64,000 nt of DNA from Mustelus asterias (taxonomy: Eukaryota), in assembly GCF_964213995.1 (NCBI RefSeq), contig NC_135821.1:8432001-8496000 (forward strand), in the 5' to 3' direction. The notes under the pieces are model-generated. The model was not told the DNA's origin and did no database searches. It saw only the letters and a program-made list of their open reading frames with translations. Positions 13,158-26,135 of the stretch are shown piece after piece. The position numbers and the translations under genes are program-made. Numbering within the stretch: position 1 is the stretch's first letter; every line of letters starts with the position of its first letter.

Positions 13158-14080
13158 GGTGCCGGCTGCTGAGGGGAGAGGGAACCGGGCAAGCAGCGGG
13201 AATAGGGCCGAGGGAAGCGGCTGCAAACTGTCCGAGGAGCCGGGGAGCAGAGTCTGCAGCGGGAGCGGGACCGACACAACCCGCCAGCGGCGGCGGAGCA
13301 GCGGCGCCAAAATCACCTCAGCGGCGCAGCGGGGAAGAGACGGAAAATGGCCCGGATCGCTCGCGCGCGCGACACCCTCACTGCACGTGCCCGCCAGCCG
13401 CGCGCGACACCCTCACTGCGCGTGCCCGCCAGCCGCGCGCGACACCTTCACTGCGCGTGCCCGCCAGCCGCGCGTGGCTCCACCACTGCGCGTGCCCGCC
13501 AGTCGCGCGCGACATCCTCACTGCGCGTGCCCGCCAACCGCGCGCGTCACCACCACTGCGCGTGCCCGCCAGCCGCGCGCGACACCATCTCTGCGCGTGC
13601 CCCGCCAGTCGCACGCGGCACCCTCACTGTGCGCGCGCCCGAGCCGGCTATCACTCGGGAGGGTTCGGGATCACTCGGGAGGGTTCGGGATCACTCGGGA
13701 GGGATCGGGATCACTCGGGAGGGTTCGAGATCACTCGGGAGGGTTCGGGATCACTCGGGAATGTTCGGGATCACTCGGGAGGGATCGGGATCACTCGGGA
13801 AGGATCGGGATCACTCGGATTGTTTACAAACACCGGGACAAATTGCCGGGAATTTGAGCGCCGCCGCCGCCGCCGCCTCTGAACATTTCGGGGAATAACC
13901 CCGGATATAAACCCCGCCCTCCCTCCCCGGAGCGGCGGAAATCCCGGCGGATCCGCTAACGCCCAAAGTCCCGCTCGGCCCCGCACTCTCAGCGCCGCTG
14001 CGCCCCCCGCGGCCGCAGCGGGAAGAGCAGGAGCGCAGAGGGAGAGGCGGAGACACTGAGTGGGTGATCACGGGCACACA
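13158..14080 (-). promoter_or_regulatory. CpG-island promoter with 35-bp and 20-bp tandem repeats
   Basis: CpG dense; YY1-like AAAATGGC at ~13344; ~35-bp units with TGCGCGTGCC (13365-13640); 20-bp GGGATCACTCGGGAGGGTTC units (13650-13818); GC box and CGGAA near 13913-13941. Confidence 0.7.
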
Positions 14081-14149
14081 GCGCTCCCATTCAAACCTGC
14101 CCCACTCATTTGTGATTCACATACCCACATACATTTCTATTTAACACTT

Positions 14150-14475
14150 TATATTTGAATAGTTTATCAATTTTCTTTTCTTCCTGCCAAATATACAAGT
14201 TCATGTTTTCCCACATTATACCCCATTTGTCAAATTTTTGCCCACTCTCAATCTATTTATATCCCTCTGTGGACTCACTAACTCCTTTTGACATATTTGC
14301 CTTCCTATCCCACTGTCATTAGCTAATTTAGCAGTCGTACATTCAGTCTCTTCATCCAAGACATTGATATAAATGGTAAATAATTGATACCCCAGCACTG
14401 AGCCCTGTAGCATTTCACTAAATACACTTTACCAATCCAAAAAAGACCCGTTTACCCCAACTCTCTGGTTCCTGA
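14150..14475 (-). mobile_element. degenerate CR1 RT fragment
   Basis: QGSVLGYQLFTIYINVLDE..TKLAND. Confidence 0.7.
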
Positions 14476-14834
14476 TGATATGTTACCCCCTGCACCATGT
14501 GTTCATTGTCCCACCGCTGGTGGCAGCCACCTCTACTCCACCCTTTTCTCTTCACATTTAAAAACATCTCAAAAGATTTTTAAACAAGGCTCTCCCCCTG
14601 TCAGCAGGCTTAGAATCATGGGATGATACAGCACAGGAGCCTATTCAGCCCATCATACCCAGCTGGCTCTTTGAAAGAACTATCCAATTAAGCCCTGCCC
14701 TTCCATCAAAGCCGTACAGGTTCTTTCTCCAAGATCAAATCCAATTAATCCCACCCTTTCCTGTAATTGTTGTAGTTACTTTTGTTCACTGGTTTATTTT
14801 TGCACATTCCAAATAATAGGTTTAAAGTGCTTCG

Positions 14835-15143
14835 TCATAGAATCCCTACAGTGCAGGAGGAGGCCATTTGGCCCATCGAGTCTGCACCAACCACAATCCC
14901 ACCCAGTCCCTATCCCCACAACCCCATGCATTTACTCTAGCTAGTCCCTGACACTAAGGGGCAATTTAGCACGGCCAATCCACCTAACCCGCACATTTTT
15001 GGACTGTGGGAGGAAACCGGAGCACCCGGAGGAAACCCACGCAGACATGGGGAGAACGTGCAGACTCCACACAGACAGTGACCCAAGCCAGGATCGAACC
15101 TGGGTCCCTGGCGCTGAGGCAGCAGTGCTAACCACTGTGCCAC
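14835..15143 (-). mobile_element. HE1-like SINE
   Basis: Homologous to other copies. Confidence 0.85.
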
Positions 15144-15654
15144 TATACCGTCACTTCCGACACAGTAATAACTTTCGAGACTAATTTCAGATCGTTTCTT
15201 TTAAAATTGAATCTTATTCCTTTGCGGTTTTGCTGTTTTATATTTTGTCTGTCATTGTTGGGACTGATAGATTCAATTGAAGTTTGGTGATATGAATCCA
15301 CAAATATAACTGGACAAAATGACGATCTCACAGACCCCTAGATTCCATCGCAGTAAGGAGGACAGTGCAGGACTGTTTGGGAATGTAAGAGGTAGTGGAA
15401 CTAAAGACAATATAACTGTACAATACTATCAGAATGTATTTTTGTAAAATGTTATGTTTTACATTGAAACGAGGAGACAAGATGTGGAATGACAGAGTAG
15501 GTGCCCAGAATGAGCTCCGGATGGAGCAGATAGTTACAGGTTGCTTTACAACAACTACTTACATTTATACAGCACCTTTAATGTAATAAAACATCCCAAG
15601 GTGTTTCGCTGGAGCCTAAAGCAAAATTTGTCTCTCAGCTACATAAGGAGATTA

Positions 15655-15990
15655 TAGAATCATAGACTCCCTACAGTGCAGGAGTCCATTCTGCCAGAGT
15701 CTGCACCAACTCTCCGAAGAGCACCGTACCCAGGCCCACACCCCTACCCAGTGCATTTTATTTATTATTGTCACATGCAGACTTACATTAATACTGCAAT
15801 GAAGTTACTGTGAAAATCCCCTATACTCTAATATAGCCAATCCACCTGATCTACACATCTTTGGACACTAAGGGGCAATTTAGCATGGCCAATCCACCAA
15901 ACCCGCACATCTTTGGAGTGTGGGAGGAAACCGGAGCATCCGGAGGAAACCCACGCAGACACAGGAAAACGTGCAGACTCCACACAGACA
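15655..15990 (-). mobile_element. HE1-like SINE(s), 5' truncated/composite
   Basis: Conserved body GGAAACCCACGCAGACAC. Confidence 0.75.
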
Positions 15991-17374
15991 GAGATACTGG
16001 GGGAAATGGTCAAAAGTTTGGTCAGAGGTAGATTTTGAAGGAGGAATAAGCTGGAGTGGTGTAGGGAGGGAATTCCCGAGCTTTGGAGCAAAGCAGCTGA
16101 AGGCACTGCCGCCAATGGTGAGGTCCAAGAAGACAGAATTAGAGGGGCTGAGAAATGTGAGAGCAATGGAGCTGGGGAATCAGAGAAATAGGGAGGGTGT
16201 GTCCATGGAGGGACTTAAAGAAGGATCAGAACTTTTAAATTTATGGATTGCTCAACTGGGAATCAATGGAGGTCAGTGAGTACTCGGTGAGAACGAGGAC
16301 ACAGACGGCAGCGTTCTGGATGACTTCACCTTTATGATGGGTAGAATGTGGGAGGCCAGCCGGGAATATGTGGGAAGATTCAAGTCAGCTTTCCCTCAAT
16401 GCATGGCAAATCTGCAGACAGGAGTAGCCATGTCCTAGAGGGAGATTGTCAGGACAGTCAATCTCTGAGCACTGGCACAAGGCAACATCAGGGGACAGGC
16501 AGTCTTCAGTCACCCATCACTTCTTCAGTCTGTGTAAGCGCAACTGCTTCATTCTCAGATATACTCTTCACAGTTAAAGGAAAGGTGGGGACTTCTGTTG
16601 ACCATCCTGTGTTGGGTGGGAAGGGTGACAAATAAAAACGGGGTCCAAGTCCTTCCCTTCACTGTGTGGGGATCCCTGCCAGAAAGTGCACAGGAGTGAG
16701 TGTTGATAGAGGGCGGAATTGAGTCTTAGCTGTGATACACAACGTAGCTGTGTGTAAACTGAATATCCCCAACACAAAAGGGAAACTTGTGCATGATGTG
16801 GTCAGAATGCTTGTGAAGAGGAGAGGGATGACTCAGGGCAGAATATCCAATCTTTCAGAATGTTTGTGTTTTGCAGCCATATCTCTCAATCAGCAAGATC
16901 GATCACAGTGAGAACATTTATTTTTTTATCTTAAACAATAAAATATTCAACAGTTAGACCTCACCTCCAGCAAAGTCCGATTAAAATGGATTCTGTAACA
17001 CCCTTTCACCTGTGATGTGAGTCGTGACGGTCTCAGTCACTCTACACACGGGAATCAGTCACAGAGCTGGGAAAATCTCCCTGGATCCCAGTGACCAAGA
17101 TCCCCACCTTCCACTCACCACTTCCCCTTCGTCTGTCTCTCTCTCAACTCTCTAATCCCCTCTCTTTCCATCCCCTCCTCCTCTCTTCCAGTCTTCTCCC
17201 CTCCTTTCCTCTCTCCTCCTCTTCTCTCCAACCCCCCTGCCCTACCTCTCTTCCCCTCCCTCTGTCACTGCTCTGCATACACTCTGTTCACGGTAGAGTG
17301 GGTGGGGGGTGGGGACAGTCAGCAGCGCTGGTTAGAAAGGAGGGAGCTGAAACATTTGCAGCTTTAGTTGGCAG

Positions 17375-18071
17375 CTATACATCTACAGCCTCATTCACCA
17401 CCTGCACCTCAAACACGTCAAACTGTGACAGGTAGTCCTCAGTCAAGGTGGAATCTGTGCATCTGTCTCGAAGTCCTCGGCTTCGCGGTCTCAAGATGGA
17501 GGTGATGCGTGCCCGCAGGCGACTCTCACGTTTCCTGCTGGCCCGCAGCTCCTTGCTGACCTTCTCAAAGGCCTCCTTCAGAGCCTCGGCCTTCATCTTC
17601 CAGACCAGCGGGCAGCCTACAGTGTAACTGTGCTCAACAGGAATGTAGGCCCCAGGCTTAGGAGGCGGGCTGGGGATGCGAGCCATGTACAAAGCAATGG
17701 GGATGGGGCCCCTGTCGTTATCCAGCTCCATTTGACAGTCAGCTGAGTGTTCAGTCGGGATGACAGGCTGAGGCGGTGAGATGTCCTTCGAGGTTTCCCC
17801 TGTATTTACAGCTCCCTCAAACTCCACGGGCTGAGAGTTCACTTCAATGAGATAAATAACAGACGGTGGCGTGGTCTCTGGGTCAGACTGGTTTGTGGAG
17901 AGCAGCATATGAGACGATGACGTTTCGTACAAGCAGACACTTTCGCTCACTTTCCCCTGAGGATCAGAGTAACCCAGGACAAAGGCAGCACCATCTAGAG
18001 ATACGCCCGTCCCTGAGCTAGCGTCAGGGTTCCTGAGATCAGCAGCTGGTAGAGATCCGCAATCAAGGAGG
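17375..18071 (-). CDS. THAP7: THAP domain protein 7-like, last coding exon
   Basis: GAYIPVEHSYTVGCPLVWK..KRESRLR resembles the THAP7 C-terminus (EHSY HCF-1-binding motif, coiled coil); CTAACAG acceptor in phase 2. Confidence 0.85.
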
Positions 18072-18489
18072 CTGTTAGACAGACAGAAAGGGAGATTAGC
18101 TGAAGGTAGATAAAGGGAGCAGTTACCCACGGTTTCTCCCCCTGTTCTCGAGCACCCTGGGTCTGTTCCTTTTCACTGCCTCACCCCAGTGACTATTCTC
18201 CAATGCTGGGCTGACAATCACTGTCCATTGGATTTTTAGCCGACAGTGAGTCGGATCGCGACCAATACTGGCACCAGCCTGTGACCAGAAGCCCTGGCTT
18301 GCTTCTCCTTTCTCTGATCCAGTGGCTGTGGAGACTGTTGTCCTCACAGGAAACAGTTATCTCAGCACCAACCAGCTGGTCTCTAAGACCGTGCAGCCGC
18401 TGCCATTCCCACCGAGTCAGTGGGCAGAGCAATAACAGAAATGCCTCAGTTAAGATGCTGATTTTGAATAAAGAAAGCCAAGAGGGATC

Positions 18490-19308
18490 CTCTTGGAATG
18501 AGTGATCACAATACGGTTGAATTTCTAATACAGATGGAGGGTGAGAAAGTAGGGTCCCAAACCAGTGTCCTCTGCTTGAACATGGGGGATTACAATAGGA
18601 TGAGGGCGGAGTTGGCTAATGTAGACTGGGAACACAGACTAATTGGTGGGACAGTTGAGGAACAGTGGAGGATTTTTAAGGAGATTTTTCTCAGTACTCA
18701 GCAAAAATATATTCCAGTGAAAAAGAAGGAATGTAAGAAAAGGGATAGCTAGCCATGGATAACTAAGGAAATAAAGGAGAGTATCAAATTAAAAACCAAT
18801 GCATACAGAGTGGCCAAAATAAGTGGGGAACTAGAAGATTGGGAAGGCTTTAAAAAACAACAAAGAACTACTAAGAAAGCAATAAAGGAAAGATAGATTA
18901 TGAAAGTAAACTAGCACAAAATATAAAAACTGATAGTAAATGTTTTTACAAATATATAAGGAAAAGAGTAGCTAAAGTAAATGTTGGACCCTTAGAAGAT
19001 GAGAAGGGGGATTTAATAATGGGAAACGAGGAAATGGCCGAGGCCTTAAACAAGTTTTTTGTGTCGGTCTTCTCAGTGGAGGACACAAATAGCTTACCGA
19101 AAATTGACGGTCATGGGACTGTAGGGGGTGAGGACCTTAAAACGCTCACTATTACTAAAGAGGTAGTGCTGGGTAGGGTAATGGGACTAAAGGTAGACAA
19201 GTCCCCTGGTCCGGATGGAATGCATCCCAGGGTACTAAAAGAAACGGCAGAAGTAATAGCAAATGCATTTGTTGTAATTTATCAAAATTCACTGGACTCT
19301 GGGGAGGT
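18490..19308 (+). mobile_element. CR1 LINE, 5' part (split by Penelope insertion)
   Basis: SDHNTVEF..., KSPGPDGMHPRVLKE; continues at 22714. Confidence 0.9.
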
Positions 19309-19367
19309 ACAGTAAGAGTTTTAACAACACCAGGTTAAAGTCCAACAGGTTTATTTGGTAGCAAATG

Positions 19368-19404
19368 CCATTAGCTTTCGGAGCGCTGCTCCTTCGTCAG
19401 ATGG
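19368..19404 (-). ncRNA. minimal type I hammerhead ribozyme motif (intact core)
   Basis: Minus: CCAT-CTGACGA-A-GGAGC agc GCTCC-GAAA-GC-TA-ATGG. Confidence 0.7.
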
Positions 19405-21144
19405 AGTGGAAATCTGCTCTCAAACAGGGCACAGAGACACAAAATCAAGTTACAGAATACTGATTAGAATGCGAATCTCTACAGCCAATCAGGTCTTAAA
19501 GATACAGACAATGTGAGTGGAGGGAGCATTAAGCACAGGTTAAAGAGATGTGTATTGTCTCCAGACAGGACAGCCAGTGAGATTCTGCAAGTCCAGGAGG
19601 CAAGCTGTGGGGGTTACTGATAGTGTGACATAAACCCAACATCCCGGTTTAGGCCATCCTCATGTGTGTGGAACTTGGCTATCAGTTTCTGCTCAGCGAC
19701 TCTGCGCTGTCGTGTGTCGTGAAGGCCGCCTTGGAGAACGCTTACCCGAAGATCAGAGGCTGAATGCCCGTGACCGCTGAAGTGCTCCCCCACAGGAAGA
19801 GAACAGTCTTGCCTGGTGATTGTCGAGCGGTGTTCATTCATCCGTTGTCGTAGCGTCTGCATGGTTTCCCCAATGTACCATGCCTCGGGACATCCTTTCC
19901 TGCAGCGTATCAGGTAGACAACGTTGGCCAAGTTGCAAGAGTAGGTACCGTGTACCCGGTAGATGGTGTTCTCACGTGAGATGATGGCATCCGTGTCGAT
20001 GATCCGGCACTTCTTGCAGAGGTTGCTGTGGCAGGCTGTGTGGTGTCGTGGTCACTGTCCCCCTGAAGGCTGGGTAGTTTGCTGCGGACAATGGTCTGTT
20101 TGAGGTTTTGCGGTTGTTTGAAGGCAAGAAGTGGGGGTGTGGGGATGGCCTTGGCGAATGAGGCTGCGGGAGTTCTTACACAAACCCCAAGAGGCCAACA
20201 GCGAACACAATGAGACAGCCAATGAACCGGAACAGCCGACAGAGAGATCCGCAGTGCAACCGAAGAGGAAAGAGTCGAATTGGACTCCTCCGGAAAGCCG
20301 CTGCCCTCGACTTGACATGTATGCCCAAGCCATCAGGAGGTGCGTCAACACCAAATTCATCAGCCGCACTCACAAGACAGCCCCGAACATCACCCAAGCA
20401 CAACGCAACGCCATCCACGCTCTCAAGACCAACCGCAACATTGTCATCAAACCAGCAGACAAAGGAGGGGCCATCATCAATCTGAACAGAACGGATTACT
20501 GCAAAGAAGTGTACCGACAACTGAACAACGAGGAACACTACAGACAGTTACCCACAGATCCGACCAAAGAACACACCCGTCAACTCAACACTCTGATCAA
20601 GACCTTTGATCCGGACCTTCAAAGCACCCTCCGTGCTCTCATCCCCCGTACTCCCCGCGTCGGAGATCTCTATTGCCTCCCGAAGATACACAAGATAAAC
20701 ACACCCGGCCGTCCCATCGTATGGGGCAATGGGACCCTGTGCGAGAACCTCTCCGGCTATGTCGAGGGCATCCTGAAACCCATTGTACAAAGAACCCCCA
20801 GCTTTTGTCGCAACACTTCGAACTTCCTATAAAAACTTAGCACACATGGGGCAGTTGAACCAGGAGCACTCCTCATCACAATGGATGTCTCGGCACTCTA
20901 CACCAGCAACCCCCACGATGATGGCATTGCTGCAGCGGCCTCAGTACTCAACGCTGACAACTGCCAGTTTCCAGATGCAATTTTACAACTCATCCGCTTC
21001 ATCCTGGACCACAATGTCTTCACCTTCAACAACCAGTTCTTCATCCAGACACACGGAACAGCCATGGGGACCAAATTCGCAACATCTTCATGCACAGGTT
21101 CAAACAAGACTTCTTCACCGCACAGGACCTTCAACCGATGCTAT

Positions 21145-21280
21145 AAGCGGTTATTGGATAGGCACATGGAGCACACCAGGATGGTAGGGAGTGGGATAGC
21201 TTGATCTTGGTTTCAGATGAAGGTCGGCACAACATCGTGGGCCGAAGGGCCTGTTCTGTGCTGTAATGTTCTATGTTCTA
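21145..21280 (+). mobile_element. short LINE 3'-tail insertion inside Penelope RT
   Basis: GGGCCGAAGGGCCTGTT...TGTTCTATGTTCTAT tail interrupts the RT just before YIDD. Confidence 0.7.
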
Positions 21281-22713
21281 TACACTAGATACATCGATGA
21301 CATTTTCTTCCTTTGGAGTCATGGTGAACAATCACTGAAACAACTATATGATGACATCAACAAGTTCCATCCCACCATCAGACTCACCATGGACTACTCT
21401 CCGGAATCGGTTGCATTCTTGGACACATGCATCTCCATTAAGGACGGTCACCTCAGCACCTCACTGTACCGCAAGCCCACGGATAACCTCACGATGCTCC
21501 ACTTCTCCAGCTTCCACCCTAAACACGTGAAAGAAGCCATCCCCTACGGACAAGCCCTCCGTATACACAGGATCTGCTCGGATGAGGAGGATCGCAACAG
21601 ACACCTCCAGGCGCTGAAAGATGCCCTCATAAGAACAGGATATGGCGCTCGACTCATCGATTGACAGTTCCGACACGCCACAGCGAAAAACCGCACCGAC
21701 CTCCTCAGAAGACAAACACAGGACACGGTGGACAGAGTACCCTTCGTCGTCCAGTACTTCCCCGGAGCGGAGAAGCTACGGCATCTCCTCCAGAGCCTTC
21801 AACATGTCATTGATGAAGACGAACATCTCGCCAAGGCCATCCCCACACCCCCACTTCTTGCCTTCAAACAACCGCAAAACCTCAAACAGACCATTGTCCG
21901 CAGCAAACTACCCAGCCTTCAGGAGAACAGTGACCACGACACCACACAACCCTGCCACAGCAACCTCTGCAAGAAGTGCCGGATCATCGACACGGATGCC
22001 ATCATCTCACGTGAGAACACCATCTACCGGGTACACGGTACCTACTCTTGCAACTCGGCCAACGTTGTCTACCTGATACGCTGCAGGAAAGGATGTCCCG
22101 AGGCATGGTACATTGGGGAAACCATGCAGACGCTACGACAACGGATGAATGAACACCGCTCGACAATCACCAGGCAAAACTGTTCTCTTCCTGTGGGGGA
22201 GCACTTCAGCGGTCACGGGCATTCAGCCTCTGATCTTCGGGTAAGCGTTCTCCAAGGCGGCCTTCACGACACACGACAGCACAGAGTCGCTGAGCAGAAA
22301 CTGATAGCCAAATTCCGCACACATGAGGATGGCCTAAACCGGGATGTTGGGTTTATGTCACACTATCAGTAACCCCCACAGCTTGCCTCCTGGACTTGCA
22401 GAATCTCACTGGCTGTCCTGTCTGGAGACAATACACATCTCTTTAACCTGTGCTTAATGCTCCCTCCACTCACATTGTCTGTATCTTTAAGACCTGATTG
22501 GCTGTAGAGATTCGCATTCTAATCAGTATTCTGTAACTTGATTTTGTGTCTCTGTGCCCTGTTTGAGAGCAGATTTCCACTCCATCTGACAAAGGAGCAG
22601 CGCTCCGAAAGCTAATGGCATTTGCTACCAAATAAATCTGTTGGACTTTAACCTGGTGTTGTTAAAACTCTTACTGTGTTTGCCCCAGTCCAACGCCGGC
22701 ATCTCCACATCAT

Positions 22714-24205
22714 GACTCTGGGGAGGTGCCAGCTGATTGGAAAACAGCGAATGTAACGCCACTGTTTAAAAAAGGAGGTAGACAAAAGGCAGGTAACTAC
22801 AGGCCGGTTAGCTTAACATCCGTAGTTGGGAAAATGCTGGAATCTATCATTAAGGAAGAAATAGCAGGACACCTGGAAAAGAATGGTTCATTCAAGCAGA
22901 CGCAGCATGGATTCATGAAGGGAAAGTCATGTTTGACTAATTTACTGGAATTTTTTGAGGACATAACGAGTGCGGTTGACAGAGGGGAACCGGTGGATGT
23001 GGTGTATTTAGATTTCCAGAAGGCCTTCGATAAGGTGCCTCACAAAACGTTGCTGCGTAAGATAAAGGTACACGGAGTTGGGGGTAAAGTGTTAGCGTGG
23101 ATTGAGGATTGGCTATCTAATAGAAAGCAGAGAGTCGGAATAAATGGGTGCTTTTCCAGTTGGCAATCAGTGACTAGTGGCGTGCCGCAGCGATCGGTGC
23201 TGGGGCCTCAACTATTTACCATATACATAGACGATCTGGAGGAGGGACCGAGTGCAGGGTAACAAAGTTTGCGGATGACACAAAGATGAGTGGGAAAGCA
23301 AATTGCGTGGAGGACACAGAGAGTCTGCAGAGAGATTTGGATAGGCTAAGTGAGTGGGCAAGGATCTGGCAGATGGAGTATAACGTTGGCAAGTGTGAGG
23401 TTACCCACTTTGGAAGGAATAATAGTAAAATGGACTATTATTTAAATGGTGAAAAATTACAACATGCTACTGTGCAGAGGGACCTGGGGGTCCTTGTGCA
23501 TGAATCACAAAAACTCAGTTTGCAGGTGCAGCAGGTAATCAAGAAGGCAAATGGAATGTTGGCCTTTATCGCGAGAGGGATGGAGTATAAAAGCAGGGAG
23601 GTCATGCTGCAACTGTACAGGGTATTGGTGAGGCCGCACCTAGAGTACTGTGTACAATTTTGGTCCCCTTATTTAAGAAAGGATATATTAGCTTTGGAGG
23701 GGGTACAGAGAAGGTTCACCAGGTTGATTCCGGAGATGAGGAGGTTAGCTTATGAGGAGAGATTGAGTAGACTGGGCCTGTACTCATTGGAGTTTAGAAG
23801 GTTGAGGGGAGATCTTATAGAGGCATATAAGATAATGAAGGGGCTAGACAGGGTAGAAGCAGCGAGGTTATTTCCACTTACAATGGAAACAAGAACTAGG
23901 GGGCATAGCCTCAAAATACGGGGGAGTCAATTTAGAACAGAGTTGAGGAGGAACTTCTTCTCCCAGAGGGTAGTGAATCTTTGGAATTCTCTGCCCAATG
24001 AAGCAGTAGAGGCTACCTCGTTAAATGTGTTTAAGTCACAGATAGATAGATTTTTAACCATTAAGGGAATTAAGGGTTATGGGGAGCGGGCGGGTAAGTG
24101 GAACTGAACCCACTATCCAATCAGCCATGATCTTGTTGAATGGCGGAGCAGGCTTGAGGGGCTAGATGGCCTCCTCCAGCTCCTATTTCTTATAGTTCTC
24201 ATGTT
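22714..24205 (+). mobile_element. CR1 LINE, RT and 3' end
   Basis: [35 protein letters not shown]; frameshift near 23250. Confidence 0.93.
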
Positions 24206-24278
24206 CTTAAACACTTTCCCGCCAGCACAAACTCAGAGAATTGTGCAGTTAAAGTAAACACCAGCAGAGACTTCTCAC

Positions 24279-24401
24279 CATTTGCTGGAGCACGCAACTC
24301 CCATCGTCTTTTCCCTGTTTGCATCACTCTGCGCCATCTTACCCTGGGGAAACGGCTGGAATATTGTGGGGACAGCATCATCTCGCAAACGGTGATAGCC
24401 A
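24279..24401 (-). CDS. THAP7: THAP7-like coding exon 3
   Basis: SGYHRLRDDAVPTIF (THAP AVPTIF box); phase 2-2; alternative internal donor possible near 24342. Confidence 0.8.
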
Positions 24402-24514
24402 CTGCGGGGAAAACACAAGGTAACGAGTGAACCTCGTCCACACATGCACACCCAAAAATTAAACAGAGCTGGCAGACTGGGGGCTTTCGGTAGCCCCCCC
24501 AAGATAGGGGGGCA

Positions 24515-25250
24515 CTGACAGCAGACTGGGGGGGGGGGAGAGAAGGGGGTCTCACAGCAGACTGGTGGGGGGTGGGGACTTACAGCAGACTGGGGGTGGG
24601 GACTTACAGCAGACTGGGGGGGGGGTCTCACAGCAGGGTGGGGGGGTCTCACAGCAGACTGAGGGGGGTCTCACAGCAGACTGAGGGGGGTCTCACAGCA
24701 GACTGAGGGGGGTCTCACAGCAGACTGAGGGGGGTCTCACAGCAGACTGAGGGGGGTCTCACAGCAGACTGAGGGGGGTCTCACAGCAGACTGAGGGGGG
24801 TCTCACAGCAGACTGAGGGGGGTCTCACAGCAGACTGAGGGGGGTCTCACAGCAGACTGAGGGGGGTCTCACAGCAGACTGAGGGGGGTCTCACAGCAGA
24901 CTGAGGGGGGTCTCACAGCAGACTGAGGGGGGTCTCACAGCAGACTGAGGGGGGTCTCACAGCAGACTGAGGGGGGTCTCACAGCAGACTGAGGGGGGTC
25001 TCTCAGCAGACTTGAGGGGGGTCTCACAGCAGACTTGAGGGGGGTCTCACAGCAGACTTGAGGGGGGTCTCACAGCAGACTTGAGGGGGGTCTCACAGCA
25101 GACTTGAGGGGGGTCTCACAGCAGACTTGAGGGGGGTCTCACAGCAGACTTGAGGGGGGTCTCACAGCAGACTTGAGGGGGGTCTCACAGCAGACTGAGG
25201 GGGGTCTCACAGCAGACTGAGGGGGGTGGGGACTCACAGCAGACTAGGTG
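24515..25250. repeat. 22-23-bp minisatellite GAGGGGGGTCTCACAGCAGACT
   Basis: Direct reading. Confidence 0.95.
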
Positions 25251-25279
25251 GGGGGGGGCTCGGAGGGGCTGTGAATTAC

Positions 25280-25435
25280 CTCAGTCCCACAAGCTCGAAG
25301 CACTGTTTCTCGAAATGTTTTGAACAGAAGTAGATGAACTGTGAGGGTGGATTCCAGGGAACTGTCCCATCCGGATTCTTCCGACAACAATTCAACAACC
25401 AGATCTCACGCTGATATCTCCCCTTCTTTGGTAAT
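25280..25435 (-). CDS. THAP7: THAP7-like coding exon 2
   Basis: LPKKGRYQREIWLLNCCRKNPDGTVPWNPPSQFIYFCSKHFEKQCFELVGL; AG/GT flanks, 156 nt. Confidence 0.9.
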
Positions 25436-25699
25436 CTGAACAAAAACAAGGGAATGAAAATAAGATGTGGCCGCAGAGCAAAGCAGAACTGAATTCAGGG
25501 CACAGCGCCCTGCAAACGTGGGGCAGGTTAGCTCGCTATTAGTTCATGGGATTGTTCAGCTGTCTGCCGGAAAGTGGGTCTGACCCATAGTGCCATGGGT
25601 AGGGCAAGGGGGCAGGTCTCTAAGCCACCCTGTGCTGTCAGCACCAATCTTACCCACACCAGCCAAGCGAGCCTCCCCAAGCAGCCAGAGTTGCTGTGG

Positions 25700-26135
25700 C
25701 AACACACACACTGACATAAATACACAATAAACGACAAAAGGTCGTGAATGCAGCCCAATCCATCAAGCAAACCAGCCTCCCATCCATTGACTCTGTCTAC
25801 ACTTCCCGCTGCCTCGGGGAAAGCAACCAGCATAATTAAGGACTCCGCGCACCCCGGACATTCTCTCTTCCACCTTCTTCCTTCGGGAAAAAGATACAAA
25901 AGTCTGAGGTCACGTACCAACCGACTCAAGAACAGCTTCTTCCCTGCTGCTGTCAGACTTTTGAATGGACCTACCTCGCATTAAGTTGATCTTTCTCTAC
26001 ACCCTAGCTATGACTGTAACACTACATTCTGCACTCTCTCCTTTCCTTCTCTCTGAACGGTATGCTTTGTCTGTATAGCGCGCAAGAAATAATACTTTTC
26101 ACTGTATACTGATACATGTGACAATAATAAATAAA
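25700..26135 (+). mobile_element. Rex1/Babar-like LINE 3' end
   Basis: IIKDSAHPGHSLFHLLPSGKRYKSL..RLKNSFFP; same tail again at 28042-28182. Confidence 0.7.

Larger units (their letters stand above)
19309..22713 (+). mobile_element. Penelope-like retroelement (RT + GIY-YIG) with inverted 3' copy at its 5' end
   Basis: KPADKGG, LPKIHK..PGRPIV, MDVSALYT, QTHGTAMG, YIDD, NVVYLIRC..YIGET; 19309-20156 is the reverse complement of ~21830-22676; 14-bp TSD GACTCTGGGGAGGT (19295-19308, 22714-22727); ORF broken by stops. Confidence 0.93.

Noticed and set aside
7301-13882. Giant Gly/Trp-rich ORFs (2193, 1970, 1430 aa)
   Set aside because: Stop-poor G-rich minisatellite open in all plus frames; antisense to a gene's intron
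18123-18432. Extra THAP7 exon
   Set aside because: Phase 2 entry hits a stop; the four-exon model is already in frame
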